Shown here: one piece after another, positions 1 to 14,300 of the stretch
Position numbering within the stretch: position 1 is the first letter of the stretch
Layout of the letters: every line of letters starts with the position of its first letter
NCBI GenBank assembly: GCA_964016885.1
Contig: OZ024740.1
Span: 303,428,001 to 303,492,000, forward strand
Length of the DNA stretch: 64,000 nucleotides
Direction: 5' to 3'
DNA from: Eledone cirrhosa
Taxonomy: Eukaryota
Program-made: the position numbers and the translations under genes
The notes under the pieces: generated by a model
Database searches by the model: none
Told to the model about the DNA's origin: nothing
The model's input: the letters and a program-made list of their open reading frames with translations, nothing else

Positions 1-351
1 ATAAAAAAAGAGCACATTAAATAACTTAGTCCTAGACATACTCATTTGGTTATAGATCTGTTCTATTAGTGTTGACCTAAATAATAGAAGAGGGAAGACT
101 AAACTGCAAAACAAATGTAGATTCCAGATGTAAACCTTACATTCTGCATTACACATCATCAGCGGTTTTACGCTCGTTTTTCCATGCTTGCGTGGTTTGG
201 ACAGGTTCTTCTCAGTGCGGTTTCTCTCCACTTGTGTTCATTCATCATCTCTCCTCAGCCAGACTCTGATTTGAGGTCAGCTCTCACAACCTCTTCCCAT
301 GTCTTTCTTGGTCTTCCTCTACTGCAGCTTCCTTCCACTGGCATTTCCTAG

Positions 352-858
<507 letters not shown>

Positions 859-1389
859 TGACTTAGGGGGAGGGGGGGTCTAAATGCATGATTGGTTTAT
901 TTTGCTGAAACTGCTCACCACTCAAACACCCACCACTCAAATAACCACCACTCCAAATCCACTTTCAAAGCAAATCTGTGGTGTTTTTTGTGTACTCTCG
1001 GGTCCCAAATAAGCAGATTGTTTCCCTTGTTTTGTTTTTTTTTTGTTTTTTTTTTTGTTTTTTTAAAATCAGAATCAGTTGTTTAGTTTACATATTGAGA
1101 CCCCAACCCATCCTATTTATCTGATAAGGTATGGGATTTCTTTTTTTGTGTATAATGTGTTTTACTGTCTAAAGAAAATTAATTGTTGTAGGAGTGCTAC
1201 CACTTAAAATAAAATTTCACTGGAAATAGATCAGCAAAATTTAATAAGCAGTGGGGTTGGATATAAGCAGGGGAGGAATTTGACAAATTAATTGGGTGGG
1301 GTGGTTGAAAAAAAATGTTTAATTAATAAGCAGGGTGGGGGACGATTATTCAAGACCTGAAAGTACATGTTTTTCTCTTTGACATTCAG

Positions 1390-1516
1390 GTGAATGACAT
1401 CAAACCTGGCAAACGACCTCAGTCATCAGTTGCTCCAGCAATTGTCCATTCTCTTAGAGCACCATGTGACATGCGTTTAACAATTGGAGGAACAAATGGT
1501 AGTAAAATACCCACAG
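1390..1516 (+). CDS. GGT exon
   Basis: ttcag/gtaaac; VNDIKPGKRPQSSVAPAIV...IGGTNGSKIPT (PGKRPxSS motif); phase consistent with flanking exons. Confidence 0.93.
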
Positions 1517-2635
1517 GTAAACTTATATATATATATATATACCTTGTTTTTATTTTTATTCAAGAGTTTGCATCCCAAAAATTAACCATTCATTCTTAAG
1601 GTTTAAGTAAGGCATGTGGCTGAGTGGTTAGAGAATTGGATTCGCAATCGTAAGGTTGTGAGTTCGATTCCTGGACCAGGCGATGCGTTATGTCCTTGAG
1701 AAAGACACTTTATTTCACGTTGCTCCTTCTACCTGGAGTTGCGACCGATAGATAGTATTAGCAATTGGAAAGACCAACGGAAACATTGTTCCCTCGGTCC
1801 GATTTGACGAAAGTCGATCGTTCCTATATATATATATCATCGTTTTTACATCTGCCTTTCCACATTTGCATTGGTTGGACAGGTCCTTCTCAGCACATTA
1901 TCTTTCCATACGTTGTGATCCTTTGTCATTGCCTCTGAGTCTCAGTGATTTGAGGTCAGGTCTCACAGCCTCTGCCCAGGTCTTTCTTGGTCTCACCCTA
2001 TTATTTATTTATGTTAAAAAAATGGAACAAAAGCTCTACCTAAAGTTTCAAGGCCTAATATTGACCATATCTCCAGATTGTAAGAGGGGTCAAAATTATG
2101 ACCTAATGTTCAGGGACTTAGGCACTTTTTACTTTTACACACCTACGGATATTTTCTACTTACACATTTATGTATATATATATATATATATATCATCATC
2201 ATCATTATCACTGTTTAACAAGGCACCTCTTTAGTACTAGAGCCATGATAAAATGCTCCCAGTACATTTTGTAAAGTGGTTGCCCACTGAACATTAACAA
2301 AGTATAGTTGGGAGGACATGTCAGTCTCATCAAGGACATGACAGCCTCCCTAGTGCTGGTATCTTGATAAAAGCCACCCGTAAAGTAGTTTGTGTTGGGA
2401 AGAGCATCCAGCCATAGGAAACATAAAAGAAATTTTGTTTCCCAAACCATCTAGGAGTCCAGTAACTTCAATTAAATACTGCCTTGGACTATAACAACCC
2501 ATCCAACCCATGCCAGCATGGAAAAACAATCAAATTAATGATGACCATCATACACCCCAATATACATATAAGACAGTATGATCATATTATTAGTATTGTT
2601 AAAATATATAATTTTGTCACTGGTTTGTCTTGCAG

Positions 2636-2746
2636 GTATTGCTGAAGTTTTGATCAATATATTATCATTTAAAATGGACCTAGAAACTGCATCAAGTGTA
2701 CCTCGACTTCATAATCAATTATTCTCCAATATGACAGAATATGAAA
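2636..2746 (+). CDS. GGT exon
   Basis: ttgcag/gtaagc; GIAEVLINILSFKMDLETASSVPRLHNQLFSNMTEYE (PRLHNQL motif). Confidence 0.92.
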
Positions 2747-3129
2747 GTAAGCAATTTAAATTAAAATCTTCCAACATATTTCTATATAAGAACCTTACAT
2801 TAAGTTGCTATCTTACTAATGAAATAATTTATAATTTTAGTAAAACCAGCCCTGGTTCTATAAAATAAAACCATCCATTTTAAAGGTTCCCAATTTAAAT
2901 TAAAATTTTCCAACATAATTTTATATAAGAACCTTACATTAAGTTATTATCTTAGTATGAAATAATTAAAATTTTAGTAAATCCTTCAAAATTCTTCATT
3001 AATTTAACATATTTTTCTTGATTTATTCACATGGTATAATGAGCATTTAATTAAAAGTGTAATTATAACATGATCACAGTTTAAAATACCCATAGCGAGA
3101 CTTACATATGTTTATTATAGACATATATA

Positions 3130-3420
3130 TACGAAGTGTGTCAGAAAAGAAACAGGACTAGGGTTGCAAATAAATATTTTAAATCCAAACTACAAGTTTT
3201 CCGCTTCTAAATTATCTCCATTGAGTCTAATACACTTTCCCCTCCTCTGCTGTGCCTCCATGCACTCCTGGAAGAATTCTCTTCGGAATCTCCGCAGTTC
3301 TATTTTCACGTCCAGAAAATGGGTCTCCTTGATGAAAATCCATGACTCATCACTGGTGATGACACTACTTAGCAAGTCTGGTTCGGTTTCAAGAAGCTTA
3401 AGGATGTCTTGACACATCCA
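3130..3420 (-). mobile_element. Internally deleted mariner remnant
   Basis: VITSDESWIF (first catalytic Asp motif) and KCIRLNGDNLE (C-terminal motif); tacgaagtgtgtcagaaaag terminus. Confidence 0.75.
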
Positions 3421-3727
3421 ACATAATTTTATATAAGAATCTGGCATTAAGTTACTATCTTAGAATGAAATAATTAAACATTTTAGTAAATCCCTCAAAA
3501 TTCTTCATTAATTAATTAAAATAGTGTATTTCATTAGAAATACACTATTCATGAAAGGGTTAAAGTATTTCATTTACATTTTTATTGATCGTATGTGTTT
3601 ATTCACATTGTCATGGCCGGACAAACACATGTTAAACGATATATATGGATGTTTTGCCTGCCTAAAGATATTTCTTAATTTGCCAATACTAATTCTGAAT
3701 ATCTATACTTTGTTTATTTTGTTACAG

Positions 3728-3888
3728 AAAATTTCAACAAGACTATCGTTAAGGCATTGTCTAAAATGGGACAAAATATGGTCAAGCAGAAAAACCCAAT
3801 CAACATCGTTCAATTTGTGGCCAAGAATTACACAGAAATTAAAGCCATATCAGATCATCGCAAAGGAAATTATTCAAAAGTTTATTAA
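3728..3888 (+). CDS. GGT terminal coding exon
   Basis: ttacag acceptor; ...ALSKMGQ...VQFV...AISDHRKG...VY stop TAA at 3886-3888 (SDxRKG C-terminal motif). Confidence 0.9.
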
Positions 3889-3970
3889 GCAGTGCCTACT
3901 TGGAGACTTAGGCCAAACTTTGACAGGATTCATCATCAATCATCAGGGAAAGATTTTATCAGCCGTTTCC

Positions 3971-3976
3971 AATAAA
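3971..3976 (+). terminator. Candidate polyadenylation signal of GGT
   Basis: AATAAA about 80 nt after the stop codon. Confidence 0.5.
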
Positions 3977-5374
3977 ATATACATACATGTATATATACAC
4001 ACAAATATGTACATACATACAGATAGACAGACATGCATATACACATATATACATTTATACACGTAAATACTCAAGTTTCTATTAACGTTGCTTTGGTTCT
4101 TTTAAACTACACAAATTGCCATGACAGGTAAAAAAAATGATTGTATTTTAATAATTATTTTATTTTTATTAATGTTGAATGTTTCATAAATTGTTATTGT
4201 TATCATTACCATTATTATTATTATTACTATTATTAATACTACTACTATAATAGGATTAGCAGAATCTTTGCAGTATTTGTTCTGACTCATTACATTCTGA
4301 AGTCAACTTTGTCTTTCATCCTTCCCGAATCAGTAAAATAAAGTACCAGTAAAGTATTGAGGTAAATTTAATCGACTTTTCCCACCCCTCAAAATGCTTA
4401 CCTTGTGCCTAAATTAGAGATTATAATTATTACAATTATAAAGATGTCGTGGCCGAGTGTTTAAGGCGATGGGCTAGAAATCTCTTTGGCCTTGTGCCCA
4501 AATCAGAAACCATTATTACAATTATAAACTGAGCAGTGTTTGGCTGAATTGATTGAGTGACGGACAAGAATGTCTTGTCATATTTAGTTATGTCACTTTA
4601 TGTTCTGAGTTCAAATCCTTACATAGTCCATAAAATAAGTACCAGTCAAGTACTGAGGTAAATTAAATCAACTATGCCTCTCCCACTAAATCTGAGGCCT
4701 TGTGCAGAACACTGACCAAAATGTCTTGCAGTATTCAGCTTCGTCTCTTTCTATTATGAGTTTAAATTGCACCAGAGTCAACTTTGCTTTTTATTCCCTC
4801 TGGGGTGAATTAAATAGGTACGAGTTATATGATAAGGTTGATTTCATCAACTGTACCTGCTCTTCTAAAATTGTTGGTCTTGGGCCTAAATCAGAAACCA
4901 TTATTTAAAAAAAAAGACATCATTTTTGAATTTTCATCACTCACTTTCCTGAGAGTAACACTTCCAGTCTTACCTTTAGATATTGTTATGCCTCTTGGGT
5001 TGTTTCTGGAGTTTTCTCTTTGCTTAAATATTGTTGAAGACATTGCAAGAAGTATCAGCTGTTATTACCAACTTTAAAAGGGAAACACAAATGATAATGA
5101 ATATGAACTGAACTGTGATGTACAAATATAGAAAATATTATAACATTTTACGTGCAGAAAGCAGTGATGCATTTGAGTATGGAGAGAAAAAATGGAGTGA
5201 GGATGTTTTCAGTCTGCACAAAATTTTATATGATATAATAATGTGTTGGCTAGAAACTTGTGTTTCTTAATTTTGATAAAATATTCAGTAAAATCCTTCC
5301 TAGCATAAAATAAACCAATCTAATAAGTGTGCACTCATGCACCGATAAACATATTCATTGTATTTGATATTCAT

Positions 5375-5760
5375 TATTACCTTCTTCCCATTCAAAGGAG
5401 GTAACTCCCTTATCTGAGATGCCACATGCTGTGACACATTCTCTGCCTCCAGCTTAGTTACTTTGGTCACAAACCCTGGTACTGTGGCCCGCAATGCAGA
5501 GGACACAAACAAATACTGGGGCTTGTCCAGCTACTTCCTCTTCAAACTCAAGTCTCTGTAGAGAGCTCAGGCATCCTTGGACCCTATACTGCCGAGCTCC
5601 TCTGTAAAATCGGATTAATAGTAACCCGCCTGAAGAAGGAGCCCATGTGGTGGGGTGGCTGTTTCAGCGGGTGCCACTGACCATTGTCCATGGAAATGCT
5701 TTTGCAGTTTTGTCTGTGAGGCACAGCCGAAAGAGCACCCTGACTTGGGCATAGAGCCTG
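5375..5760 (+). mobile_element. Decayed CRE-like non-LTR retrotransposon 3' end (restriction-like endonuclease)
   Basis: GC-richer island with frameshifted DATCCDT, ARNAEDT and WLFQRVPLTIVHGNA motifs. Confidence 0.55.
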
Positions 5761-8586
5761 TCACCCTCTCCCCTTGCCCCTCTCTTTCTTCCGTGGCCTA
5801 ATAGTTCTTGCTTTCCCCCTCCTTTTCCTCTCATTCATTTGAATTGTCCAGATCATGTTTTAAATCAACATGTGGAGGGTCTTCCCATCAACTCTATCCA
5901 TATAGATAGATAGAACATCAGGGCCACATATAACATCAAAATGATTCCAATCACTAAGACACTAGTGCTATAAATGCACTTTTTACTAACAATATGAATA
6001 GATATACTGTTCTACATAGAATACTACAGAGAGAAGACTGCATTGGTATGTGCATGGATGGTGATCACTGGATGAAGAAATGCCAAGAAATCTCAGTGAA
6101 AGGAAGGCCAAGGAAGACCTGAGCAGAAGTGGTGAGAGCTGATCACAAAAAGTTAAAACTCACGGAGATGGCAAAGGATCGCGACATGTAGAGAGATTCT
6201 GTGCTGAAAAGGATGCATCTAACCCATGCAAGCCTGAAAAAAATGGATGTAAGAACAACAACAATGATGATGATGGTGATGACTTCAGAGTTGCATTTCT
6301 GTAACATTTTCTCTGGTTAGAAAAGCCAATGCAAGAGGAACATTCTCTATCACTACACAGAAATATATGCTGTACTCTCGGGTCCCGAATAATAGGATGA
6401 GGTGGGGAATATCGGTAATTTTTTTAGGTTGCCTCCCTTGAACTTTTTTAAAAATCAGAATTAGTCGTTTAGTTTACATATTGAGACCCCGACGTATCCT
6501 ATTTATTTGATAACGCATGGGATTTCTAGTAATGTACATTTTTTGTCATGTATAAAGAAAATTAATTGGCGCAGGAATGCTACCACTTAAAATAAAATTT
6601 CGCTGAAGCTAGATTAGCAAAATTTAATAATTGTTTCTACTTTTGGCACAAGGCCATCAATTACCCAGTACATTACTGGTACTTTATTTTATCGACCCCG
6701 TAAGCATGAAAGGCAAAGTTAACCTCGGCGGGATTTGAACTCAGACCGCAAAGGGACGTAACTATGCTGGAAAGCATGGCGTCCAACCCTCTACTGATAC
6801 AGCCAATCCATGGGAGTAGCACAGGGTTGGAAAAAAAATCGTAAAAATGAATAGGTGTGAGGGGGGGGGACGATTATTTGTGACCTAAGAGTAGCTGATC
6901 TGTTTAAATTCTGACCTCAGGAACATTTTTATCTTTATTATAATCTCTCTATGTAATAAGATAGTTTTCTCTGCACACATCATTTCTAGGTATTTCTGTC
7001 TGAAACAACCACTTCTCAGCTATCAATCTTGATGGAGTGAGCCTTGAGGTCATATTTCTAGATGTCTTTTAACTTCTTCAGTGCTGTAGATGAGATAACT
7101 CGTCCTAACAGGTTTGAACTCCTTTCCTACAGTTCATAGCTTCAAAGTTATGAACTCTTTTCCAAGAATTCATAACTTCAAAGCTAGATGGGGTTAATAG
7201 TTTATTGATGTGACATTTGTCAATCAAAATAATCATTTTACTGAAAGAAAAAAAAATGGTACAGCAACTGTAGCTGTGTAAAATATACGCACCGGTCAAC
7301 AGGTTAAACATAACTAGGGACTTTGCCACAAAAGCAATCCTTTATTTGGGAGAGATGTCCAAGTTAATTTAGACATCTTCACTAAGGAGTGTATACATGT
7401 TTGGAACTTATACTATTTCAAACATATGCACAATTCTTTATTGGCTGGCTATAATCAAAATACCTTTTAGATGCAACATATATTGCCAGTTAACCAGAAA
7501 TGAGGACTTAAAAGCAACAGTTAATCTGTTAATTCCAGATATAGAAACATATTGCTATGATGTTTTTTTTCAGGACTTTGCTAAACTATTGGCAATGATT
7601 GGGGATTATTTCAGCCGGGTTTTCTGGGCTTTTTTTTTTAATCACAAGTGAAGTTGTAAATAGTATTTACAAAATACATATGTACAGAGTAAAGATTGTA
7701 GTTAAAATGACAAGGCTGGCCCTTTGAATTACAGGTACAACTCATTTTTGCCAGCTGAGTGGACTGTACCAACGTGAAATAAAGTGTCTTACTAAAGGAC
7801 ACAGTGAGCCACTGGGAATCGAACTCACGACCTTACAAACATAAGCTCGTGAGTCGAATACCCTAGCCACATGCCTTCACTAGTCTACTTAACAATAACT
7901 GAGAATTATAAGAGTATATATGGTACTATATATAGATACAGTCCTATACAAGCGAGACACGGTCACCTGACCAATCTTGCCTCAAGTGGGACACAATTCC
8001 CATCTAACCCATGCTAGCGTGGAAGATAGACGTTAAACAATGATGATGATGATGATTATATATATACTGGAACGAATTCAATCAACTATAACCTCACTAA
8101 TTTGTATGTCTTGTACTAATTATATGAAATCACAACTTGTTGCTTTTAAATAGTATGCATGTAAACACTTGTGCTTACCTCATTTAATAAAATGCGCCTT
8201 CATAATTATATGTCTATTTTCCCTGCTAGCAAGGATTGGGCTGGTTAAAATAGACTATCAGTACTTAATTGAAACAACTGATTTTCCAGATGGTCTGGAA
8301 TCTATCTCCCTGGTGCTGGTGCAATCATGGCACCAGCACTAGGAAGATTGCTATGTCTTTGACACAACAGAATAGTTCTGTCTCCCCTTTGCTTGGCAAG
8401 TTTTCTATGGCTGGATACCCTTCCTATTTATTACCAAACCATTTTACAGAGTGTATTGGATGTTTTAGTGTGCCCTTAATATAAGAGGCAAGTCCTCTCA
8501 ACCCTTTTTGGCATAGGTGGTTGGTGATACCTGTAGAAACTAACAGTACTAGGGAGGTTGTTGATCGTTGATGCAACTGAAAAGGT

Positions 8587-8601
8587 CTCTCTCTCTCTCT
8601 C

Positions 8602-8657
<56 letters not shown>
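8587..8657. repeat. (CT)n-(CA)n microsatellite
   Basis: Direct reading. Confidence 0.95.
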
Positions 8658-8658
<1 letters not shown>

Positions 8659-11317
8659 CTGCACGATTTATTTTATCTGTTTACCATTTTTAATGAATAT
8701 TCACCTGAAATAGTTCTTAACAAAATTGCTTGGTGATACTACATATAGTTCTTCCAGTTGTCTTTCAAAACTATGCTTGATATTAATTTATTTGCTACAT
8801 TAGATTCAAATCATGTTTTGGTTACCAACTAACTAGCTTCAATAAATTAAAGAATAGAAATTATTACACAGTAAGCAGAACCAGCTTCTTCATCTCTAGA
8901 ACTTTCTATCATCTGTTAAGTGCTGACTTTTATTCAACATCTCATACAACTGGCAGTTTGCATGTTCAGTACAAACCAGACAAATCTAGGATTTAAGTGA
9001 TCATCCCTCCTAAACATTAGCTACATCTGTACATATCCAGTAGAGCTATTACTAAGACTGGTGTACTAAATGCTCTTACAATTTTTTTCAATGTATGAAT
9101 TAATTGGAGAACCATCCACATATTTTGTCTACTACTACACATTCAGATTGTTGGCAAACTATCCTAATGTTATAAATTTGTTTTGTTTTGTTTTGTTTTT
9201 TCTAGTTAAAATTTATATTTGTAAGGCAGGGTTTTTTGTTCTTTTAAGTTTCAGAATTCAAGATCTCATGAGAAATAAAATAAAAAAATAAAAAAAATAA
9301 AAATCCATTTGCTCAAATGCTCATAGTATAAACCTCCATATACTAAATGTATATAGGGGTTTTCTTTTAAATAAAAAATAAAAAAAATAAACTTCAATTT
9401 TTCAATTGGAAATGTATTTCTTGCTTTGAAAATGTCCACCGAGACCGAGGAGGCACAATTCTCACCTAACTTATAAGAAACTCCAATCAAACAAAATATT
9501 TTGTGTGCTCTCGGATCCTAAATAATGGGAGGGAGTGAGACAAAATTCTATATTTGTATACAATAATAAAAGAAATGGACCAAATTATATTTACAAAGCT
9601 GTATATTTTAAAATGTGCATATTTACTCTCAGGTCCCAAATAATAGGGAGGAGGTAGGTTGTCTCCGTTGATTGTTTTAACAGAATTAGTCATTTAGTTT
9701 ACCTTAATTCATCCTATTTATTTTATAACGTATGGGATTCTTGTAATTTTCTTTTGTCATGTTTTTTTTTAATGTCTAAAGAAAATTAATTGTTGCAGAA
9801 ATGCTATACTACTTAAAATAAATTTTCGCCGGAGAAAGATTAGCAAGATTTAATAAGTCTGGTCGGCACAATTGTTTCTAGTGTGGAGGAAAAAAAAAAT
9901 CGGTAGGGGAGACAACTCCAATTAAATAAAATATTTGGTGTAGGTTATACAGTAGGGAGCTAGTTTGGTAACAATAGAAGGCAAACTAATTTCTTGATGT
10001 TTTTATATTCCACACTGCTAGATTGTTTAGTTTCTAATGAAAGACACTGCTTGTTCATAAAAATTTGAAGGGATTTAGTAATATAACTTGCTCATTATTA
10101 ATCCAGTGTTTGCAGCATAACTTAACAGTTCTTACATAAAATTATGATAGATGGTTTTTAGATAAATATAAACACTTTAAAACTAACAGCTTTGTATCAA
10201 AGAACCAGGGACAGTCTCAAGCAGTGCTACTAATGGTTGTATTGTTTCCTATTTTTCCATAACAGGTACTTTTGGGACCCAAAGTTACCTTGTCGTTAGA
10301 TCATCTGTTTTTAAAGTTAGATCTTTCCTAACCAATCAATCTGGAATGGTGGAGTCAGGAAAACGAATATTTATGAGCCTTCTACAATGAGTGGAGTAAT
10401 GTTTGGACCTACAACCATTTGAGCACTTAAGTCTCAACCTGTCAGCCAGTTTAATCCCCCACTTGGCTCAGTTCTTTTAGTAGAGTATTCTGTTACAAGC
10501 ATTTGGACTAGGATTCTGATTTGAGGATACTTTCTTCTATCCCTTTTAATGTCTACTTTGCATGGTTTAAACAAATTACCATGTTCTGTGACTAGCTCAG
10601 AGTGAAAAGTAAGAGGTACAAGTATAGCCAATAATTTCCTAATTAAATGTTTAGGCAAAACAAAGCTTCTTTACATCGACTAAGTCAGAGACGAGGAACA
10701 TGTGGCCTTCTCTACAATTCTGTGTAACTTTTTTTAAAAAAGAAATCAATTTCCAACAAATTTTTATTAATGATTTTTTCTGTCCCTATTTTAAATACCA
10801 AAGAGTAAAAGCAAATTCATCAAAATAATCCAGACAGCCAGAATTATAAAAAATTAGATCATAAGGCAGTTTCAGCACTCATATTTTAGTTTTAATGCAA
10901 TTCTAGAATGTACATAGTAATTAGATTTTTACAATATAATGTAGATTTTAAAAATATATAATTAAGGTTTCTTGAATGCAGCCTTATTATATTACAAGTA
11001 ACTTAATGAGGCCTTCCAACATGAAATGACTAAGTGATGAATGTTACATCGTCAACCTCAATAGACCCCTTAAATTACCCAACCTGAGCAATGAATTTCC
11101 ATGCTGTATACTAGATAAGGAAAGCTCAATGAACAAACATTATCAAAAACAAAATGGTTTATTTATAAAAATAGATACTCATTGGAGAGATGAAAAGTAA
11201 CAAAACTCAACATTTTGGTGATGGAAAGAATTTTATTAGTAAATAGCTTGGACTGTGTCCCCTTGATGATTAAAGCCAGAGACATCAATGGTGAAACCAG
11301 TGAAGATCTGACAGTAA

Positions 11318-11386
11318 TCAACTCTTATACCATTCAAGTCCAAGAGTCTTCACAATAAAACAGTACATGTCAGTTTGTTCTTGGAT
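11318..11386 (-). CDS. PREP: PREP terminal coding exon
   Basis: [22 protein letters not shown] then TGA; tccag acceptor; AATAAA on minus strand at 11232-11237. Confidence 0.93.
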   Translation of the reverse strand: MQEQTDMYCFIVKTLGLEWYKS

Positions 11387-14300
11387 CTGGAAAATAAAGA
11401 AAACAAAATTACAAATAAATGACTTCACAATTCAACAAAGTCTACGTATATGAACTGTTATTTTTTTCAATTTACAAAATTAAATGTTAAAGTCACTCAT
11501 CCATTTATGTATTTGTTTTAAAAAGATTCATCATCATCATCACTGTTTAACGTTCATTTTTCCATGTTAGCATAGGTTAGACAAGTCTGATCAGATGACT
11601 ATCTCTTGCTCATACAGAACTGGTTGTAGCTTGGTTTCTACAGCTAGATGCCCTTCTTAATGGCTACCACATTTACAGTGTGGACTGGATGCTTTTTGTC
11701 ATGACACCAACACAACCATTTTACAGTGTGGACCTAGTCCACACTGTAAATGTAGTTGGTATTAGAAAGGGCATCCAGCCGTAAAAACCAAGCCCAAATT
11801 GGTCCAGTGTGAGCAGGAGAGAGCCGTCTGCTCTGGATGTTAAACAGTGATGATGATGATGATATAACAAAAAAATTTTCAGTGATGTCTGAATAATCAA
11901 ATAGGTTACAGGAAACTAAATTAAACATTATAATAGTGTAATACCAGTCTTTCATTTAAATACATTTAAAAACCCAATGCAATAGAAATGAATGATGAGC
12001 TTCACTCAGGAATCAAAAATTCTTATAGCTAAAGTATATGAAATAATCCATTGACAGTGTGATGTTTACACAATATATTCAACTTTTATCAATAAGAAAT
12101 CCCAAAACCAAAATTATTTCAGAATTGAGAGATTGCAACTCTGATACTATGGGGGAATAGTTCTCAAACATGCCTTCCAGCAGGTCCTGTCAGAAGCAAC
12201 TGGATCCCCAAGTGAGACCAGCCGAGCTCATGGATGTTATTCAACCATCTTGCTTGGGGTCTACACCTGGGTCTCCTGCCGGTTGGTTTTGCCTGTAAAA
12301 TCTGTCCAGCGATTTTTTTTCCCCAAGACATTCTAACCATATGCCCATCATAACAGAGCTGTGATCTCTCAAATTGGAGAAGTAGCAGCTCTATCTGGGG
12401 TGACTTTATCATATAATTCAAATATTAAACTGTTCTGTATTTGTCATTAGCTGTATAATCAAAGATTGATTAGATATAGCTGTTTGGAAGCAGTAATCAA
12501 AATATCAACAGAAATAGAACTTACAATCATGGCAGTTGGTTTTCCTCTTCCATGTCCAGCTTTGGTGTCTATTTTGATAAGTAATGGATTTGTCTGCAAA
12601 ATACAAAGTATTTTAAATCTTAAGCAATGTTTCTGATATCTTCTTACCTCCTATATCCAACTCCAGCTACCACATTCATTTTGAATGGATAATATCAAAA
12701 ACTGGTGTACTCTCGGGTCCAAAATAATGGGGGGTGGAGGTGGAATAAGCGCGGAAATGAGTAATTTTACTAGGTTGTCTCCATTGATTTTTTTTAAAAC
12801 CAGAATTAGTCAGTTTACATATTGAGACTCCAACCTATCCTATTTATTTTATAACACATGGGATTTCTAGTAATATTCTTTTTTTTGTCATGTATAATGT
12901 TTTTTAATGTCTAAAAAAAACTAACTCACAAGAATGTTACCACTTAAAATAAAATTTTGCCAAAGATAGATTAACAATTTAATAAGCGAGGGAGCGAGCG
13001 ATTATTCCAGACCCGTGATACTGACACACACACACATTCAGCAATGACAGCTTTACAGTGAATACCATTTCATCAATAACTAATAAATCACTGCTGCAAA
13101 TTTATAAATAAGTGATCTGCAAAATCATTTCTTCAACTTTGAAATTATAGATTAGATGTTGCAAATGTCTCATCTCTGAATTCTTCCGCATGTAGGATGA
13201 AATAGAATACAAGAGTCAGCTGAAAAGTTCAGAGGCTGACCAAGATACCCTCATGGACTATGATCAAATGAGATTTATTTCTCAACAGTCTCCCTTGCAG
13301 TCCACACACTTCTTCCATCGGTGTTGCAGTGCTTGAATCCCATTGGTGAAGAAGCTTTCATCCTGTTGGTAAAAGAGTCAACAACAGGTATGACGTCATC
13401 ATCACTGTGATACTGGTTCTCAGCCACATGTTTTTCATGTGGGGGAAAAAGTGATAGTCATCTAGATCTTAGGTCATCTTCAAGAGTCTCCCTTCCCCTC
13501 CTAAATTCAGCTGCCCACTTTTGCACTGTTGATAAAGCTGGCGTATCGTCCCTTAATACAGCAAGCATGTCACTTTTGCACTGATGATAATCTTGGAGCA
13601 TCATCCCCTATTACAACAAACACATATGATTTTCACTAATTGTGTATACAGGGCTAACAATTATGTTAGTGCTGTGCACAGTAGCCACGTGAGAACCCCT
13701 TGACCGTCATCAAGCAATCGCACAGCTTTTTTCCCTTTTAGGTACATAGAACCTCTCCCAAAGGAAATAACAGCAAATGTGAAGGTATAAATCTCAGGAT
13801 TGCCACTTTCAATGTTGGCACCCTGAAAGGTAAATCAGATGAAATTATGGAACTGTTAGAGATAGAAGAGAAGTAAGTTTGGAAACAGATGTGATGATGA
13901 TATAATATATTTTGCAGCAGGACAAAATGGTATAAATTTTGTGGAGGGAAGAGATATTAGGGATTATGTAACGAAAGTGGGATATAGAAAAGAAAGGGAA
14001 AGAATATGGAAACTATGTAGATAGAGAGAAATGTAGAAAAAGAGATTAATAGATAAAAAAAAGTAACCATGACATTCTTACCTGTTTGGTTTGCTCTGCC
14101 ATAGTATGCTGGAGTTCAGCAATAAACTTAAGGGAATGAAGTGGTACAACACGGTCATCATGATCAGCTGTCAACAAGAGTGTTGATGGATACTGGATAT
14201 CAGCTTTTGGGACTCTAATGTTATGGAGTGGTGAGTACCTAATCAATTGGAATAAAACACATTTCTAATGAAATACGCAGCCAATGATTCAATTAATTTT

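Noticed and set aside
1610-1690. tRNA gene
   Set aside because: The tRNA-like head continues into a SINE core found many times in the window, and there is no intact cloverleaf.
3524-4066. 180-aa ORF
   Set aside because: It overlaps the real GGT last exon in a different frame and otherwise spans MITE, intron and UTR sequence.
4441-4495. tRNA-Ser-like sequence gtcgtggccgagtgtttaaggcgatgggctagaaa
   Set aside because: Only the 5' half is present, embedded among SINE fragments; it lacks a T-arm and acceptor 3' strand.
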